Of a stretch of DNA of 64,000 bases, positions 28,114-38,029 are shown piece after piece. The notes beneath the pieces are model-generated. The model was not told the DNA's origin. It did not search any database and was given only the letters and a program-made list of their open reading frames with translations. The DNA lies in the NCBI GenBank assembly GCA_963792585.1, contig CAWBWI010000001.1, positions 896,001 through 960,000 of the forward strand, written 5' to 3'. The DNA is from Candidatus Eiseniibacteriota bacterium (lineage in GTDB: Bacteria > Eisenbacteria > RBG-16-71-46 > CAIMUX01 > VGJL01). Position numbers and translations under genes: made by a program. Each line of letters starts with the position of its first letter. Within the stretch, counting starts at the first letter, position 1.

Positions 28114-30801
28114 ATGAGCGAGGGTTCCATGTCCGTGGATGATCTTCAGGATCGGATGGTCTGCCGACACCAGCACCGGGACGTCGGGAAGTGGACGCTT
28201 CGGGAGGAGGGGCCGAAGTACGCGCCCGACAGGACCTGTGACGTCGAGCACATGCGGATCGAACTCTCGATCGAGCTGCCGCGCAAACGACTTCAGGCCG
28301 TCTGCACGCAGCGGCTCCGCGCGGCCTACGGCCCCTTCGAGTCGATCACCCTCGATGCGGTCGATCTCCGGATCCACTCGGTCCGGGACGGCTCCGGTCG
28401 TGACCTCGATCACACCTACCTCGGCGGCAAGCTGACGATTCGCTTTCCCCGTCCGGTCACCGATGGAGTCGACCTCTCGATCTCCTACGACGTCGATCAC
28501 CCCGCCCTTGGCCTCTATTTCATGGGTCCGAACGATGCGGAGCCCGAGGCGACGTGGCAGCTCTGGAGTCAGGGTGAAGACGAGGAGGCGCGTTACTGGA
28601 TTCCCTGTCATGACGCCCCCAACGAGCGGATGACGACCGAGATGATCGTCACGGTGGACAAACGGTACACCGTCATCTCGAACGGCGGGCTGCGCGGCGT
28701 GAAGGAGAAAGGCGGCAAGAAGACCTGGCACTGGTTCGAGTCGGTCCCGCATGTCTCCTACCTGATTACCCTCGTGGTCGGTGAGTTCGTCCAGGTCGTT
28801 CATCAGGAAAAGGGCCTGCTGGTCGATTCCTACGTGGAACCGGGCCGCGAGGCCGAGGCGCGCCGTTCCTTCGGCAAGACCCCGAAGATGATCGACTTCT
28901 TCTCCAAGGTGCTCGACTATCCGTACCCGTACGAGAAGTACACGCAGGTGGCGATCCGCCACTTCCATTTCGGGGGGATGGAGAACACCTCGGCCACCTC
29001 ACAGACCGACGGAACGCTGCACGATGAGCGCGCCGCGCTCGACTTCACGAGCGACGGGCTCGTCGCCCACGAGCTCGCCCACCAGTGGTTCGGGGATCTC
29101 CTCACGTGCAAGTCGTGGGCGCACGCATGGCTCAATGAAGGTTTCGCGACCTACTTCGAGGCAATCTGGAAGGAGCAGGACCTCGGCCGCGGGGAGTTCG
29201 ACTACGAGATGGTGACCGACGCCGCCTCCTACATGGCGGAGGGCTATCGGCGCGCGATCGTCTCGAACCGCTACGCCTACCCGCAGGACCTCTTCGACAT
29301 GCACCTCTATCCGAAGGGCGCATGGGTGCTCCACATGCTGCGTCGCAAGCTCGGCGACGAGGCCTTCTGGAAGGCGTTGCGCGTCTATGTCCGCAGGCAC
29401 GAAAAGGGATGCGTCGAGACGATCGACCTGATCCGCGCTTTCGAGGACGCGTCGGGCAAGAACCTGACCGGCTTCTTCGACCAGTGGATCATGAGCCCGG
29501 GCCACCCGGAGATCGAGGGCTCGCTCGCCTGGGAGGGCGATGACAAGCGCGTGCGGGTCACTCTCAAGCAGGCGCAGAAGGTCGAAGGGGGCATCCCCGC
29601 GGTCTTCCGGATCCCGGTGAGGGTCGAGTGTCGTCGCCCGAACGGTCGCGTCGTGGACGAGACCTTCGAGATGGATCAGCAGGAGCAGACCTTCTACATG
29701 TCGGTCCCCGAGGAGCCTGCCTCCGTTGTCGTCGATCCCGAGCAGGCCGTGCTGGCCACGTGGAAGCTCGACACCCCTGCGGAATGGCTCCGTGCGGTGC
29801 TCCTTGGCAAGACGCGGGATCCGCGCGTCTATGCCCGGGTTGTGGCGGTCCGGGGGCTCGGCGAGAAGCCGACCTTCCAGGATGAGTCGAGCCTGGGAAA
29901 GGTGCTCGCCGAGGATCCATTCTGGGGTGTGCAGGTCGAGGCGGCCCGCGCGCTCGGCAAGCTCCGCACGCCGCACGCGGAGGAGATCCTGCTGGGGGCG
30001 ATCGGGGTGAAACACCCGAAGGCGCGCCTCGCCGTGGTCCAGGCGCTCGGGGGATACCGTTCCCCCCAGGTCGCATCCGCGCTGCGCAAGATCGTCGAGA
30101 AAGGGGATGCGAGCTGGTTCGTCGAGGCGACCGCCTCCTCCTCCCTCGGCAAGACCGGACAGCCGGATATCGGGAAGACCCTGCGGGCGGCCCTTCGGAA
30201 ACCTGCTTGGCGCGATCTGATCGCGACCCACGCCGCGTTCGGTTTGGCCGCCGCCCGGGACGAGTCAGCGGTGGACGACATCCTTGTCCTCGCATCCGAT
30301 CGCAAGCGTTACTGGAACTGCAGGCTGAGCGCCCTCTACGCGCTCGCCGATCTGGGGTCGGCGCGCCCGGCCGTCGCGCCGCGCATTGCTGAAGAGATCG
30401 CTCGATTCCTGGACGATCCTTCCATCCTGGTCTCCGCCAGGGCCGCAGGCGCCATGGTCTCCCTCGGACATGAGTCGGGAGTGGGGGCGCTCCGGCGCGC
30501 CGCCTCCGCGACGTCCGATCAGCGGCAGGCCCAGAGCTATCTCATGGCTGCGGAGGAACTCGCCGCTCAGCGCAAGCGCGGGGAGGATGTCGATCGACTG
30601 CGCACCGAACTCGAAAAGCTCCGGGGCGAGGCGAAGGAGTTGAAGGAGGCGTTCGGGAAGCTCGAATCGAAGGTTTCCCCGCCGAAGAAGAGCGCTCCCG
30701 ACGGGAAGGGGGCATCGACCCGCAAGCCGGCGCCCACGAAAGCGTCCGCGAAGAAGAAGGCTGCGAAGAAGCAGGCCGCCCGGGGTCGCACATCGAGATA
30801 G
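28114..30801 (+). CDS. M1 aminopeptidase with HEAT repeats, coiled coil and Lys/Ala-rich tail
   Basis: GGMEN, HELAHQWFG-x-WLNEGFA, YPKG, followed by HEAT-like repeats (AARALG, VVQALG). Confidence 0.9.
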   Translation: MSEGSMSVDDLQDRMVCRHQHRDVGKWTLREEGPKYAPDRTCDVEHMRIELSIELPRKRLQAVCTQRLRAAYGPFESITLDAVDLRIHSVRDGSGRDLDHTYLGGKLTIRFPRPVTDGVDLSISYDVDHPALGLYFMGPNDAEPEATWQLWSQGEDEEARYWIPCHDAPNERMTTEMIVTVDKRYTVISNGGLRGVKEKGGKKTWHWFESVPHVSYLITLVVGEFVQVVHQEKGLLVDSYVEPGREAEARRSFGKTPKMIDFFSKVLDYPYPYEKYTQVAIRHFHFGGMENTSATSQTDGTLHDERAALDFTSDGLVAHELAHQWFGDLLTCKSWAHAWLNEGFATYFEAIWKEQDLGRGEFDYEMVTDAASYMAEGYRRAIVSNRYAYPQDLFDMHLYPKGAWVLHMLRRKLGDEAFWKALRVYVRRHEKGCVETIDLIRAFEDASGKNLTGFFDQWIMSPGHPEIEGSLAWEGDDKRVRVTLKQAQKVEGGIPAVFRIPVRVECRRPNGRVVDETFEMDQQEQTFYMSVPEEPASVVVDPEQAVLATWKLDTPAEWLRAVLLGKTRDPRVYARVVAVRGLGEKPTFQDESSLGKVLAEDPFWGVQVEAARALGKLRTPHAEEILLGAIGVKHPKARLAVVQALGGYRSPQVASALRKIVEKGDASWFVEATASSSLGKTGQPDIGKTLRAALRKPAWRDLIATHAAFGLAAARDESAVDDILVLASDRKRYWNCRLSALYALADLGSARPAVAPRIAEEIARFLDDPSILVSARAAGAMVSLGHESGVGALRRAASATSDQRQAQSYLMAAEELAAQRKRGEDVDRLRTELEKLRGEAKELKEAFGKLESKVSPPKKSAPDGKGASTRKPAPTKASAKKKAAKKQAARGRTSR

Positions 30802-30862
30802 GCCGCACCCCGGTGTTCGATCGAGAAGGCGGCTCACGACGTTTGGGCGGTCGGCGGGCGGA

Positions 30863-32092
30863 ATGCCCCGCCGCCGCCCTCCCAGCCGATGGAGCCCCGA
30901 ATTGAGCGCATCGGGCCGGTTGCTCGCCTACCGAATCAAGTGCCGCCCGGAGGATTTCCGGGTCGAGGAGGTCACCGACCTGAGGCCTTCCCGCAGCGGA
31001 CGGTACCGCCTCTATCGCCTCACGAAGACCGAGTGGAACACCGTCGACCTCATCGTCCGGCTGTCCCGCGATCTGCGTCTCCCCCGAGACGCCTTCTCGT
31101 TCGGCGGACGCAAGGACCGGCAGGCCGTGACGTCGCAGATGGTGACGATTCGCGATCGGGCGGACCGGTCCCGGCGCGGCCCCGGATACTCGCTCGAATG
31201 CATCGGCTCGATCGACGAACCGATGACGTCCCAACGGATCCGCGCCAATGAGTTCGTGATCGTCCTCAGGGACATCACCGACGGCGATATCCCGGTCGTC
31301 GAGTCGAGCACGGCCGCCGTGCGTTCCGCCGGCCTTCCGAACTACTTCGACGATCAGCGCTTCGGTTCGCTGGACCCGGATCTCGGGCTGCTGGGGGAAG
31401 CAATCCTCCGCGGACGGTGGGAGGCCGCCCTTCGCATTCACCTGACCCTTGCGGCCCCCGAGGCGCCCGACGTCGTCCGGGCGCACGGCCGGCGGATCGA
31501 TCTGATCTGGAGAAACTGGAGGGTCTGTCTCGCAGAAGCGCGATCGGTCACCGAGCGACGGATCTTCGAATACCTTCTCGCCCGCCCCACCGACTATCAG
31601 GGGGCGTGCGCGCGCATCCCCCACGATGCGATCGCGATGGCCCTCTCCGCCTTCCAATCGCATCTGTGGAATCGGATCGCCTGCTCGATCGCCGAGGACG
31701 CCGCCGTGGATACCGCCGCTGTACCCGGGCTGGCCGGCCCGTACGTCTTTCCGCTCCACTGGCGGCCCACGGCCTACGCGGGCGCGCGCAGGTTGACGAT
31801 CCCGCTTCCGGGGCCGCGGATGCGGCTGATCCACGCCGAGCTGGCGCGCACATACTTCGAGGTCCTCGCGCGCGCCGGATTGCGCGAGGACGCATTCACC
31901 CGGATCGGGCTCCCCTCGGCGGGCGTGCGCGCCGTCCCGCGCGCGTTCCTCCTGCGGCCCGATCGGCTGCGACTCCAAGGGGTCGGCCCGGACGACATGC
32001 ACAAAGGGCGCATGCAATGCCGCGTCTCGTTCACGCTCCCGCGGGGGGCCTACGGCACGATGGTCGTCAAACGTCTTGCGATCCGCGCCTAG
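30863..32092 (+). CDS. truD: tRNA pseudouridine(13) synthase
   Basis: IK..PEDFRVEE, GRKDRQAVTSQ, NEF.I.LR, PNYFDDQRF, FTLPRGAYGT. Start uncertain. Confidence 0.85.
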   Translation: MPRRRPPSRWSPELSASGRLLAYRIKCRPEDFRVEEVTDLRPSRSGRYRLYRLTKTEWNTVDLIVRLSRDLRLPRDAFSFGGRKDRQAVTSQMVTIRDRADRSRRGPGYSLECIGSIDEPMTSQRIRANEFVIVLRDITDGDIPVVESSTAAVRSAGLPNYFDDQRFGSLDPDLGLLGEAILRGRWEAALRIHLTLAAPEAPDVVRAHGRRIDLIWRNWRVCLAEARSVTERRIFEYLLARPTDYQGACARIPHDAIAMALSAFQSHLWNRIACSIAEDAAVDTAAVPGLAGPYVFPLHWRPTAYAGARRLTIPLPGPRMRLIHAELARTYFEVLARAGLREDAFTRIGLPSAGVRAVPRAFLLRPDRLRLQGVGPDDMHKGRMQCRVSFTLPRGAYGTMVVKRLAIRA

Positions 32093-32107
32093 GTCCCGTC
32101 GCCCCGG

Positions 32108-33358
32108 TCACTTCGTCAGGCTCGGCGTTCGCAGAACGTATCCATGCTCGTCGCGCGCCAACTTCCCGGCCAGATCGAGGCTGCGCCCCCCCATGATCGA
32201 GCCGAATCCGAAACGATCGCGCACGCGGTCGACACCCGCCTCGAGATCGGCCTGGCGGATGCCGCCGTCGCCGTCGATCAGATCCAGTTGCTGTCCCGCC
32301 GCCGGACCGAAGTTCGAGATCTCGACGCCGATGTTGTGCACGGCCACCCGCCGGACGAAGAGCCCGCCGAGCAGGTCGGTCGCCCGCGCATAGATTTGCG
32401 CGTCGACCGCCGTCGGCGAGGGGAAGGACGAGGAGCGGGCGCATGACTCCCCGTCGGTGTGACGGAGGTGGACGCGCACCGTCCGGCAGGCGAGTCCGAG
32501 CCGGCGCATCTCGCGCCCCGCGCGGCTCGCGAGGTAGTGGAGCATCGCCTCGAGATCGCGCCGCTCGATCGTCGCCGTCGAGAAGGAGGTCTCCCGGCGG
32601 ATCGAGCCGGGGATTTCCCGCGCGCTCACCACGACCGTGTCACGCCCCCATGCCCGCTCCCACAACGTGTGGCCAAGGGAACGCCCGAAGAGGCCGCGCA
32701 GCGCCTGCTCGGGAAGATCACGCAGCTGGGCAACCGTCTCCACGTTCATCCGTCGCAGGAGCGGACCGACAACGTGCCCGACGCCGGGCAGGTCCCCTAC
32801 CGGCCGATCGACGACGAAGCGCTCTTCGTCCCCCGGCGCGAGGACGCCGAGTCCGTCGGGCTTGACCGACTTGGTGACCATCTTCGCGATCATCCGGTTC
32901 GTTCCGATTCCGATCGAGACGACGAGACCGGTCGCCTCGCGGATCTCCGCCCGCAATCGCTCCCCCGCCGCGCGGTAGGATCCGTGCGCGCGTTCCGTCC
33001 CGCTCAGATCGAGGTAGGCCTCGTCGAGGAACGTCTCCATGGCCGGCGCGTAGCGTGCCGCCACATCGAAGATCCGCTCGGCGAAACAGCGATAGATCTG
33101 CGCATGGCCGTCCAGGAAGACGGCGCGGGGGCAGATCCGTCGCGCTTCGGACAGCGTCATCCCCGCCTTGCAGCCATACGCGCGCGCCTCGTACGAGCAA
33201 GAGGCGATCACGCCGGCGCCCACGATCACGGGCACCCTGCGCAGGCGCGGATCCCGCAGTTGCTCGATCGAGGCGAAGAAGGCGTCGATGTCGAGGTGCA
33301 GGATCGCGGGGCTCGGATCCCATGAGGGAAGGGCGGCGCGCGGGGTGGCTTCGAACAT
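32108..33358 (-). CDS. dinB: DNA polymerase IV (Y family)
   Basis: HLDIDAFFASIE, SYEARAYG, DEAYLD, KPDG, LPGVG; catalytic acidic residues present. Confidence 0.9.
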   Translation of the reverse strand: MFEATPRAALPSWDPSPAILHLDIDAFFASIEQLRDPRLRRVPVIVGAGVIASCSYEARAYGCKAGMTLSEARRICPRAVFLDGHAQIYRCFAERIFDVAARYAPAMETFLDEAYLDLSGTERAHGSYRAAGERLRAEIREATGLVVSIGIGTNRMIAKMVTKSVKPDGLGVLAPGDEERFVVDRPVGDLPGVGHVVGPLLRRMNVETVAQLRDLPEQALRGLFGRSLGHTLWERAWGRDTVVVSAREIPGSIRRETSFSTATIERRDLEAMLHYLASRAGREMRRLGLACRTVRVHLRHTDGESCARSSSFPSPTAVDAQIYARATDLLGGLFVRRVAVHNIGVEISNFGPAAGQQLDLIDGDGGIRQADLEAGVDRVRDRFGFGSIMGGRSLDLAGKLARDEHGYVLRTPSLTK

Positions 33359-33387
33359 GGCGGACCTCCTCTGGTTGCCTGCCGCCG

Positions 33388-33416
33388 AAGCTACCGAACA
33401 TACGTTCGCATGTCAA
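33388..33416 (-). promoter_or_regulatory. dinB promoter with LexA box CGAAC-ATAC-GTTCG (33395-33408)
   Basis: TTGACA-N17-TAGCTT with the palindrome inside the spacer. Confidence 0.85.
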
Positions 33417-33426
33417 CGGAATTCGA

Positions 33427-34509
33427 TCAGGAGACCACCCGAACGGCCCGCGTGCCGTCGAGGGCCGCGGCGGCCGCCGCCAGGGCCGCCGAGATCGCAG
33501 ATCTATCCTCGCCCGCCAGAAGGAGATACTCCCGGTTCCGGAGATGGGAGATCCGGCCGACCTTCTCCCCCTTCGGGTTGTGGATCCCGATCTGGGCCCC
33601 GACGTAGCGCTTGAAGTCGACCTCGAGGATCCCGACCGCGCCGAACCGGGAGAGCAACCCCGGCGCCTCGGTAGGATCGAGGTACCCCTCGCTGCTGCAG
33701 GAGAGCAGGAGATAGCGCGCCCGCAGTCCGGCGAGCAGTTCTTCGAGCGCAGGGCGAAATCCGCGGCGGGAGTTGAAGGCGCTCCGGTTCTCCCGGCAGT
33801 CGATCCTCTTGCAGGCGATGCCGTAGACCTCGGGACGGTCGTTGCGAACGAGCGTCTCCCATACGTGGTAGTTCCCGAAGTAGGAGTGCTGATTGTAGGG
33901 AGGGTCGACGTAGGCCAGATCGACCCCGCCGAGCCGTCGCGCCAGCGAACCCGCATCCTCCCGCGTCGCTTCCCCCCGGCCGGGAAGGAGGCGGGGCGCG
34001 CGGAGCGCGAGATCATCATGCGCTCGGGGCGCCCAATCCTTGAGATAGGCCATTTGCAGGCCGGTCGTCGAATCGACGCGATCCGCGGCCTCCAGGAGGG
34101 ACGTGAGCGCGATCGCGCGCAGCCCGGGGCTCAGGGGAATCCGGTCGATCTCGTCGCGGATGGCGTCCACGCGGGCGCCGTTCTTGGGATGCAGGAATCG
34201 CGAGCGGACGCAGAAGGTCTCCGTGAAATAGCCGGGCGACGGAGGCAGCCCGCCGAGATGTTCGAGGAGGCGATCGACCTCCTCTCCCGCGATCTCCCGG
34301 GCATCGGTCGCGATATAGCAGCGCGCGAGGACCTCGCTGTAGCTCGCCGTGTCGTTGGCGTGCACCTCGAGGCCGGCCTGCTTCATACCCTGCGCGACGC
34401 GGGTCGTCCCGGCGAAGAGATCGAGGCCGCTCCGCGTGTCCGGAAGGGACCGCGCGACCGCGGCGATCGCGGGCACGAGGAGGCGTTTTGATCCGATGTA
34501 CTTGATCAC
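33427..34509 (-). CDS. Orphan DNA adenine methyltransferase (D12 class-like)
   Basis: IKYIGSKR, DLFAGT, VHAND, YVDPPY. Confidence 0.85.
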   Translation of the reverse strand: MIKYIGSKRLLVPAIAAVARSLPDTRSGLDLFAGTTRVAQGMKQAGLEVHANDTASYSEVLARCYIATDAREIAGEEVDRLLEHLGGLPPSPGYFTETFCVRSRFLHPKNGARVDAIRDEIDRIPLSPGLRAIALTSLLEAADRVDSTTGLQMAYLKDWAPRAHDDLALRAPRLLPGRGEATREDAGSLARRLGGVDLAYVDPPYNQHSYFGNYHVWETLVRNDRPEVYGIACKRIDCRENRSAFNSRRGFRPALEELLAGLRARYLLLSCSSEGYLDPTEAPGLLSRFGAVGILEVDFKRYVGAQIGIHNPKGEKVGRISHLRNREYLLLAGEDRSAISAALAAAAAALDGTRAVRVVS

Positions 34510-34844
34510 GGCAGGAGGGCCTCGATGCGGGCCCTGCAGGCGTCGGCCGCGAGGCCGTCGACCTGAACCACCTTGTCCTGTGACGTCTCGCCCGACGCGA
34601 TCGTCACCGCGCTGCCCAAGATCCCCAAACTCCGGGCCAGCAGCCGGCAAACGGCCTCGTTCGCCTTGCCGCGTTCCGGGGCCTCCTTCACGGAGAGCTT
34701 CAACGCATCCCCGTAGACGCCCAGAATCGCGTCGGTTCGAGCCTTCGGCTTCACGCGCACGCGCAAGAGAACTCCCGCCCCGGATGCGCGGATCGCCAGA
34801 GCCGCGGCGCGTGCCCCGAAGGCGCGCTTGGGGTCCTCAGCCAA
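34506..34844 (-). CDS. DUF167 (YggU) family protein
   Basis: VRVKPKA, APERGKANEA, GETSQDK. Start uncertain. Confidence 0.85.
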   Translation of the reverse strand: MAEDPKRAFGARAAALAIRASGAGVLLRVRVKPKARTDAILGVYGDALKLSVKEAPERGKANEAVCRLLARSLGILGSAVTIASGETSQDKVVQVDGLAADACRARIEALLP

Positions 34845-34874
34845 GATCGTTCTCCCGTAGGCGGGGAGACGCGC

Positions 34875-35861
34875 TCATCCGGATGCGGGCAGGCGGCGCA
34901 ATGCCATCAAGGTGAGATCGTCCCCGTGAGACCTGCCCCCCAGGAACCTCCGGTGGTCGGCGATGCAGGCGGCGACCAGGCCCGTCGCGTCCCGTTCGAC
35001 GCTCCCGCGCGCCGCGGCCACGAGTCGATCGATCCCGTACTCCCTTCCGGACGCATCCTCGGCCTCGCACAGCCCGTCCGTGTAGAGAAGCAGGACATCC
35101 CCCGGTCTCGCCTCGAATCTGCCGATCGCAAATGTCTCGTCGCAGAAAAGACCCAGGGGAAGCCCTGTCGCCTCGATCGGCACGACCGCCTCCTCCCGCA
35201 AAAGCAGCGGCGGATGGTGGCCCGCATTGCAGATCTCGATCCCCCCGCGTCGGTCCAACCGGCCGTAGACGATGGTTGCGAAGTGCGTCGGCAGGGTGCT
35301 CTCGCAAAACGTCCGGCTCGCGCGGGCGACCAGTTCCGCGAGCGGAATCCCCATCGCGACCAGCGCGCGGAAGGTCGCGTGCAGGTGGGCCGAGAGCATG
35401 GATGCCGCGACGCCTTTGCCCATGACGTCCCCCACCACGAAGGAGACTCCATCCTCGAACGCCAGGACGTCGCAGTAGTCGCCGCTCACCGGACCCGCTC
35501 CCTCGTAGTGGTAGGCGACCTCCCAGCCGTGCGTCCGGAGCTTGCGGGGCGGAAGCAGGGCGGTCTGGATGCTCGACGCCAGATTCAGGTCATCCTCGAG
35601 TGCGCGCTGTTGGGCCCTGCTGAGGTGATCGAGGCAGTATTCGAGGAGCGGGTTCGCGATGAGCCGATCGGTCTCGATCGGCTCCTTGCAGGTCCGGCAG
35701 AGTCCGTAGCTGCCCTCTTCGAGGCGACGCAGGGCGTCATCGACTTCTTCCAGCAGGTGATCGAGCCGCGGCTCCGGCGTCGATGCCGCCTGCGCCGCTT
35801 GCAGTCTCTGCCTTCGATCGACGAGCTGTTGTCGAATCTGTGCATGAACCACTTCCGCCAT
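34875..35861 (-). CDS. DksA/TraR zinc finger fused to SpoIIE/RsbU-type PP2C phosphatase
   Basis: ALRRLEEGSYGLCRTC..RL..NP..CLDH followed by VSGDY, GDVMGKG, NAGH, YTDG, DDLT; GGGAGGAG RBS. Confidence 0.85.
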   Translation of the reverse strand: MAEVVHAQIRQQLVDRRQRLQAAQAASTPEPRLDHLLEEVDDALRRLEEGSYGLCRTCKEPIETDRLIANPLLEYCLDHLSRAQQRALEDDLNLASSIQTALLPPRKLRTHGWEVAYHYEGAGPVSGDYCDVLAFEDGVSFVVGDVMGKGVAASMLSAHLHATFRALVAMGIPLAELVARASRTFCESTLPTHFATIVYGRLDRRGGIEICNAGHHPPLLLREEAVVPIEATGLPLGLFCDETFAIGRFEARPGDVLLLYTDGLCEAEDASGREYGIDRLVAAARGSVERDATGLVAACIADHRRFLGGRSHGDDLTLMALRRLPASG

Positions 35862-36090
35862 CGCACTCCTCCCGGAAGGCCGCGCGCCCGGGCGGCCCTC
35901 CTCGCAACCCGGAAGTGTACCGGAACCTTGCGCGCGGCGCGCCGTCGGCTCCGTCCGCCGGAAGGGCGTGTCGATCCATCGGCTCCGAAGATCGGCCGGC
36001 AGCGATGGTTCGCACACGGGCGCCATTCCCGGTTGCGCCCTTTCCGGTCGGGCTTGGCAGACCGCCCTTTTGGTGGCAGGATCCCCTCCG

Positions 36091-36993
36091 ATGCCCAACC
36101 CGACCTTCGACCGTATCCCCGGTCCCTTCCGGCCCCCACGGATCGACACCGTCGTCGACTACATCCAGATCGTGTTCGGCTCCGCGATCGTCGGCCTCGG
36201 CACGAACCTCTTCTTCGTCCCGAACAACATCGTCTCGGGCGGGGTCACCGGCGTGGCCATCATCGCCCACTCGGTCCTCCATACGCCGGTCGGCGCCGGG
36301 GTGCTCGTGCTGAACCTCCCGCTCCTCTGGCTCGGCTGGCGCTACGCCGGCGGCGCGCGCTTCCTTCTTCGAACCGCAGTCGCGGTCGTCGTGCTCTCCC
36401 TCACGATCGATCTGACCGCCCCATTCCTCACCTGCCCGACGGGCGATCGCCTCCTCGTGATCGGCTATGGCGGCATGATGGATGGAGTGGGCGTGGGTCT
36501 CGTATTCCGCGGCCACGGGACGACCGGCGGGACGGACATCCTGGCGCGCCTCGCGCGCAAGACGCTCGGCCTCCCGATCGGTCAGTCCCTGCTGATCATG
36601 AACGTCATCATCTTCGCCGCCGCGGCGGGCCGGTTCGGGATGGAGGCGGTGATGGTCGCTCTCGCGATGGCGTTCGTATCCGCACGCGCGGTCGATCTCG
36701 TCCAGGAAGGATTCACGGCGGCGCGCACCGCGCTCATCGTCAGCGACCGTCCCGACGAAGTGCGCGATGCGATCTTCGACCGCGTCGGCCGCGGGGTCAC
36801 CTACCTCGAGGGGCACGGCGGCTTCAGCGGCAGGAGAAGGCCGGTCCTGCTCGTCGTCGTCGCCGCCAATGAAGTGGTCCGCCTGAAACGACTCCTCGCC
36901 GAGGTCGACCGCGACGCCTTCGTCACCATCTCCCCGGCCAAGGAGGTCTTGGGGGAGGGATTCGCCCCCATGCGACACGACGAAGACGGCTAG
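36091..36993 (+). CDS. YitT family membrane protein
   Basis: SGGVTG, LNLPL, TTGGTDI, GRGVTYL, D.DAFV. Confidence 0.9.
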   Translation: MPNPTFDRIPGPFRPPRIDTVVDYIQIVFGSAIVGLGTNLFFVPNNIVSGGVTGVAIIAHSVLHTPVGAGVLVLNLPLLWLGWRYAGGARFLLRTAVAVVVLSLTIDLTAPFLTCPTGDRLLVIGYGGMMDGVGVGLVFRGHGTTGGTDILARLARKTLGLPIGQSLLIMNVIIFAAAAGRFGMEAVMVALAMAFVSARAVDLVQEGFTAARTALIVSDRPDEVRDAIFDRVGRGVTYLEGHGGFSGRRRPVLLVVVAANEVVRLKRLLAEVDRDAFVTISPAKEVLGEGFAPMRHDEDG

Positions 36994-37194
36994 TCGACTC
37001 CGGCTCCCCGGGCGCAGGCGCCGCCCCGTCTTGCAGATCGCACGTCTATCCTCCGCCATCCGCCTTCCTGCACGCATGCCGCGCCGGTCCCACACACCCC
37101 GGCGGCGCGGCCCGCGGGATTCTTCATGAGCGCCTGAACCCGCTGCGCGGGCGCCGGGGAGTTGCCGATAACAGGGCCAGAGGAGGGCCTCGCC

Positions 37195-38004
37195 ATGCCC
37201 AGAGTCCTGTCGATCGCCGTCTTGCTCACCCTCGGTCCGGTCCCCGCATCGCTCGCCGTCGGCGGCAGCGCCCCGCCGCCCTTGCTCGCGGATGTCCGCG
37301 CGGATCTGGCGGCGGGTCTTCAGGACATGAACCGCGCGGCGGAAGCTGCGGCCCGCGCCGTTGAACTGGCCACCGGAGGGGAAGCGGAGGTCCGGCAGAT
37401 TCTCGAGTTGGTCGCCACGCACGATCCATCCGTCGTCGACTGCGGCTGGATCGACCCGGAAGGCGTTCTTCGTTGGATCGAGCCGGCTCCGTGGCGCGAC
37501 CGCGAAGGGGTCGATCTGAGCGGCGAGACGATCGTCCGCGAAGTTCAGCGCTCTCGCCGACCCGTGCTCGGCGGAGTCACGCGCAGCGCGGAGGAGATCG
37601 ATGCAACCGAGCTCGCGTATCCCGTCCTCACCCCGGCCGGTCAGCTCGCGGGGACGGTCCGGTTGCTCTTCCGCCCGGGCACGCTCCTCGATCGGATCGT
37701 CGCGAATCGCGTCGATGGGACGGAATGGGAGATCTGGATCCTGGAGACCGACGGGCGAATCCTCTACGCGAGCGACGCGGCTTCCATCGGCCGCTCCCTC
37801 GTGACTGACGACAGCTTTCAATCATCCCCGGAGCTTCGGGAACTCGGTCGACGGATGCAGACCGAACCGGAAGGGTCGGCGGGCACTGCCGTCCCGGTCG
37901 CGGACCGATTGGAGCCTCGCCCGCGCGAGGGGTGGTGGACTTCGGTGACCCTCAACGGCGCCGCGTGGAGGATCCTGCTCACGCGTACCTCCGGCGGGTC
38001 CTAG
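37195..38004 (+). CDS. Exported Cache-like domain protein
   Basis: Signal peptide, IDPEG, GVDLS, YPV..G, IWILETDGRILY; GAGGAGG RBS; no TM or output domain. Confidence 0.6.
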   Translation: MPRVLSIAVLLTLGPVPASLAVGGSAPPPLLADVRADLAAGLQDMNRAAEAAARAVELATGGEAEVRQILELVATHDPSVVDCGWIDPEGVLRWIEPAPWRDREGVDLSGETIVREVQRSRRPVLGGVTRSAEEIDATELAYPVLTPAGQLAGTVRLLFRPGTLLDRIVANRVDGTEWEIWILETDGRILYASDAASIGRSLVTDDSFQSSPELRELGRRMQTEPEGSAGTAVPVADRLEPRPREGWWTSVTLNGAAWRILLTRTSGGS

Positions 38005-38029
38005 GAGGGGGGATCCGTTCGGTCCGCCG

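Noticed and set aside
32108..33358. ImuB of an imuABC cassette
   Set aside because: Catalytic acidic motifs are intact and no imuA or dnaE2 is adjacent, so it is called DinB.
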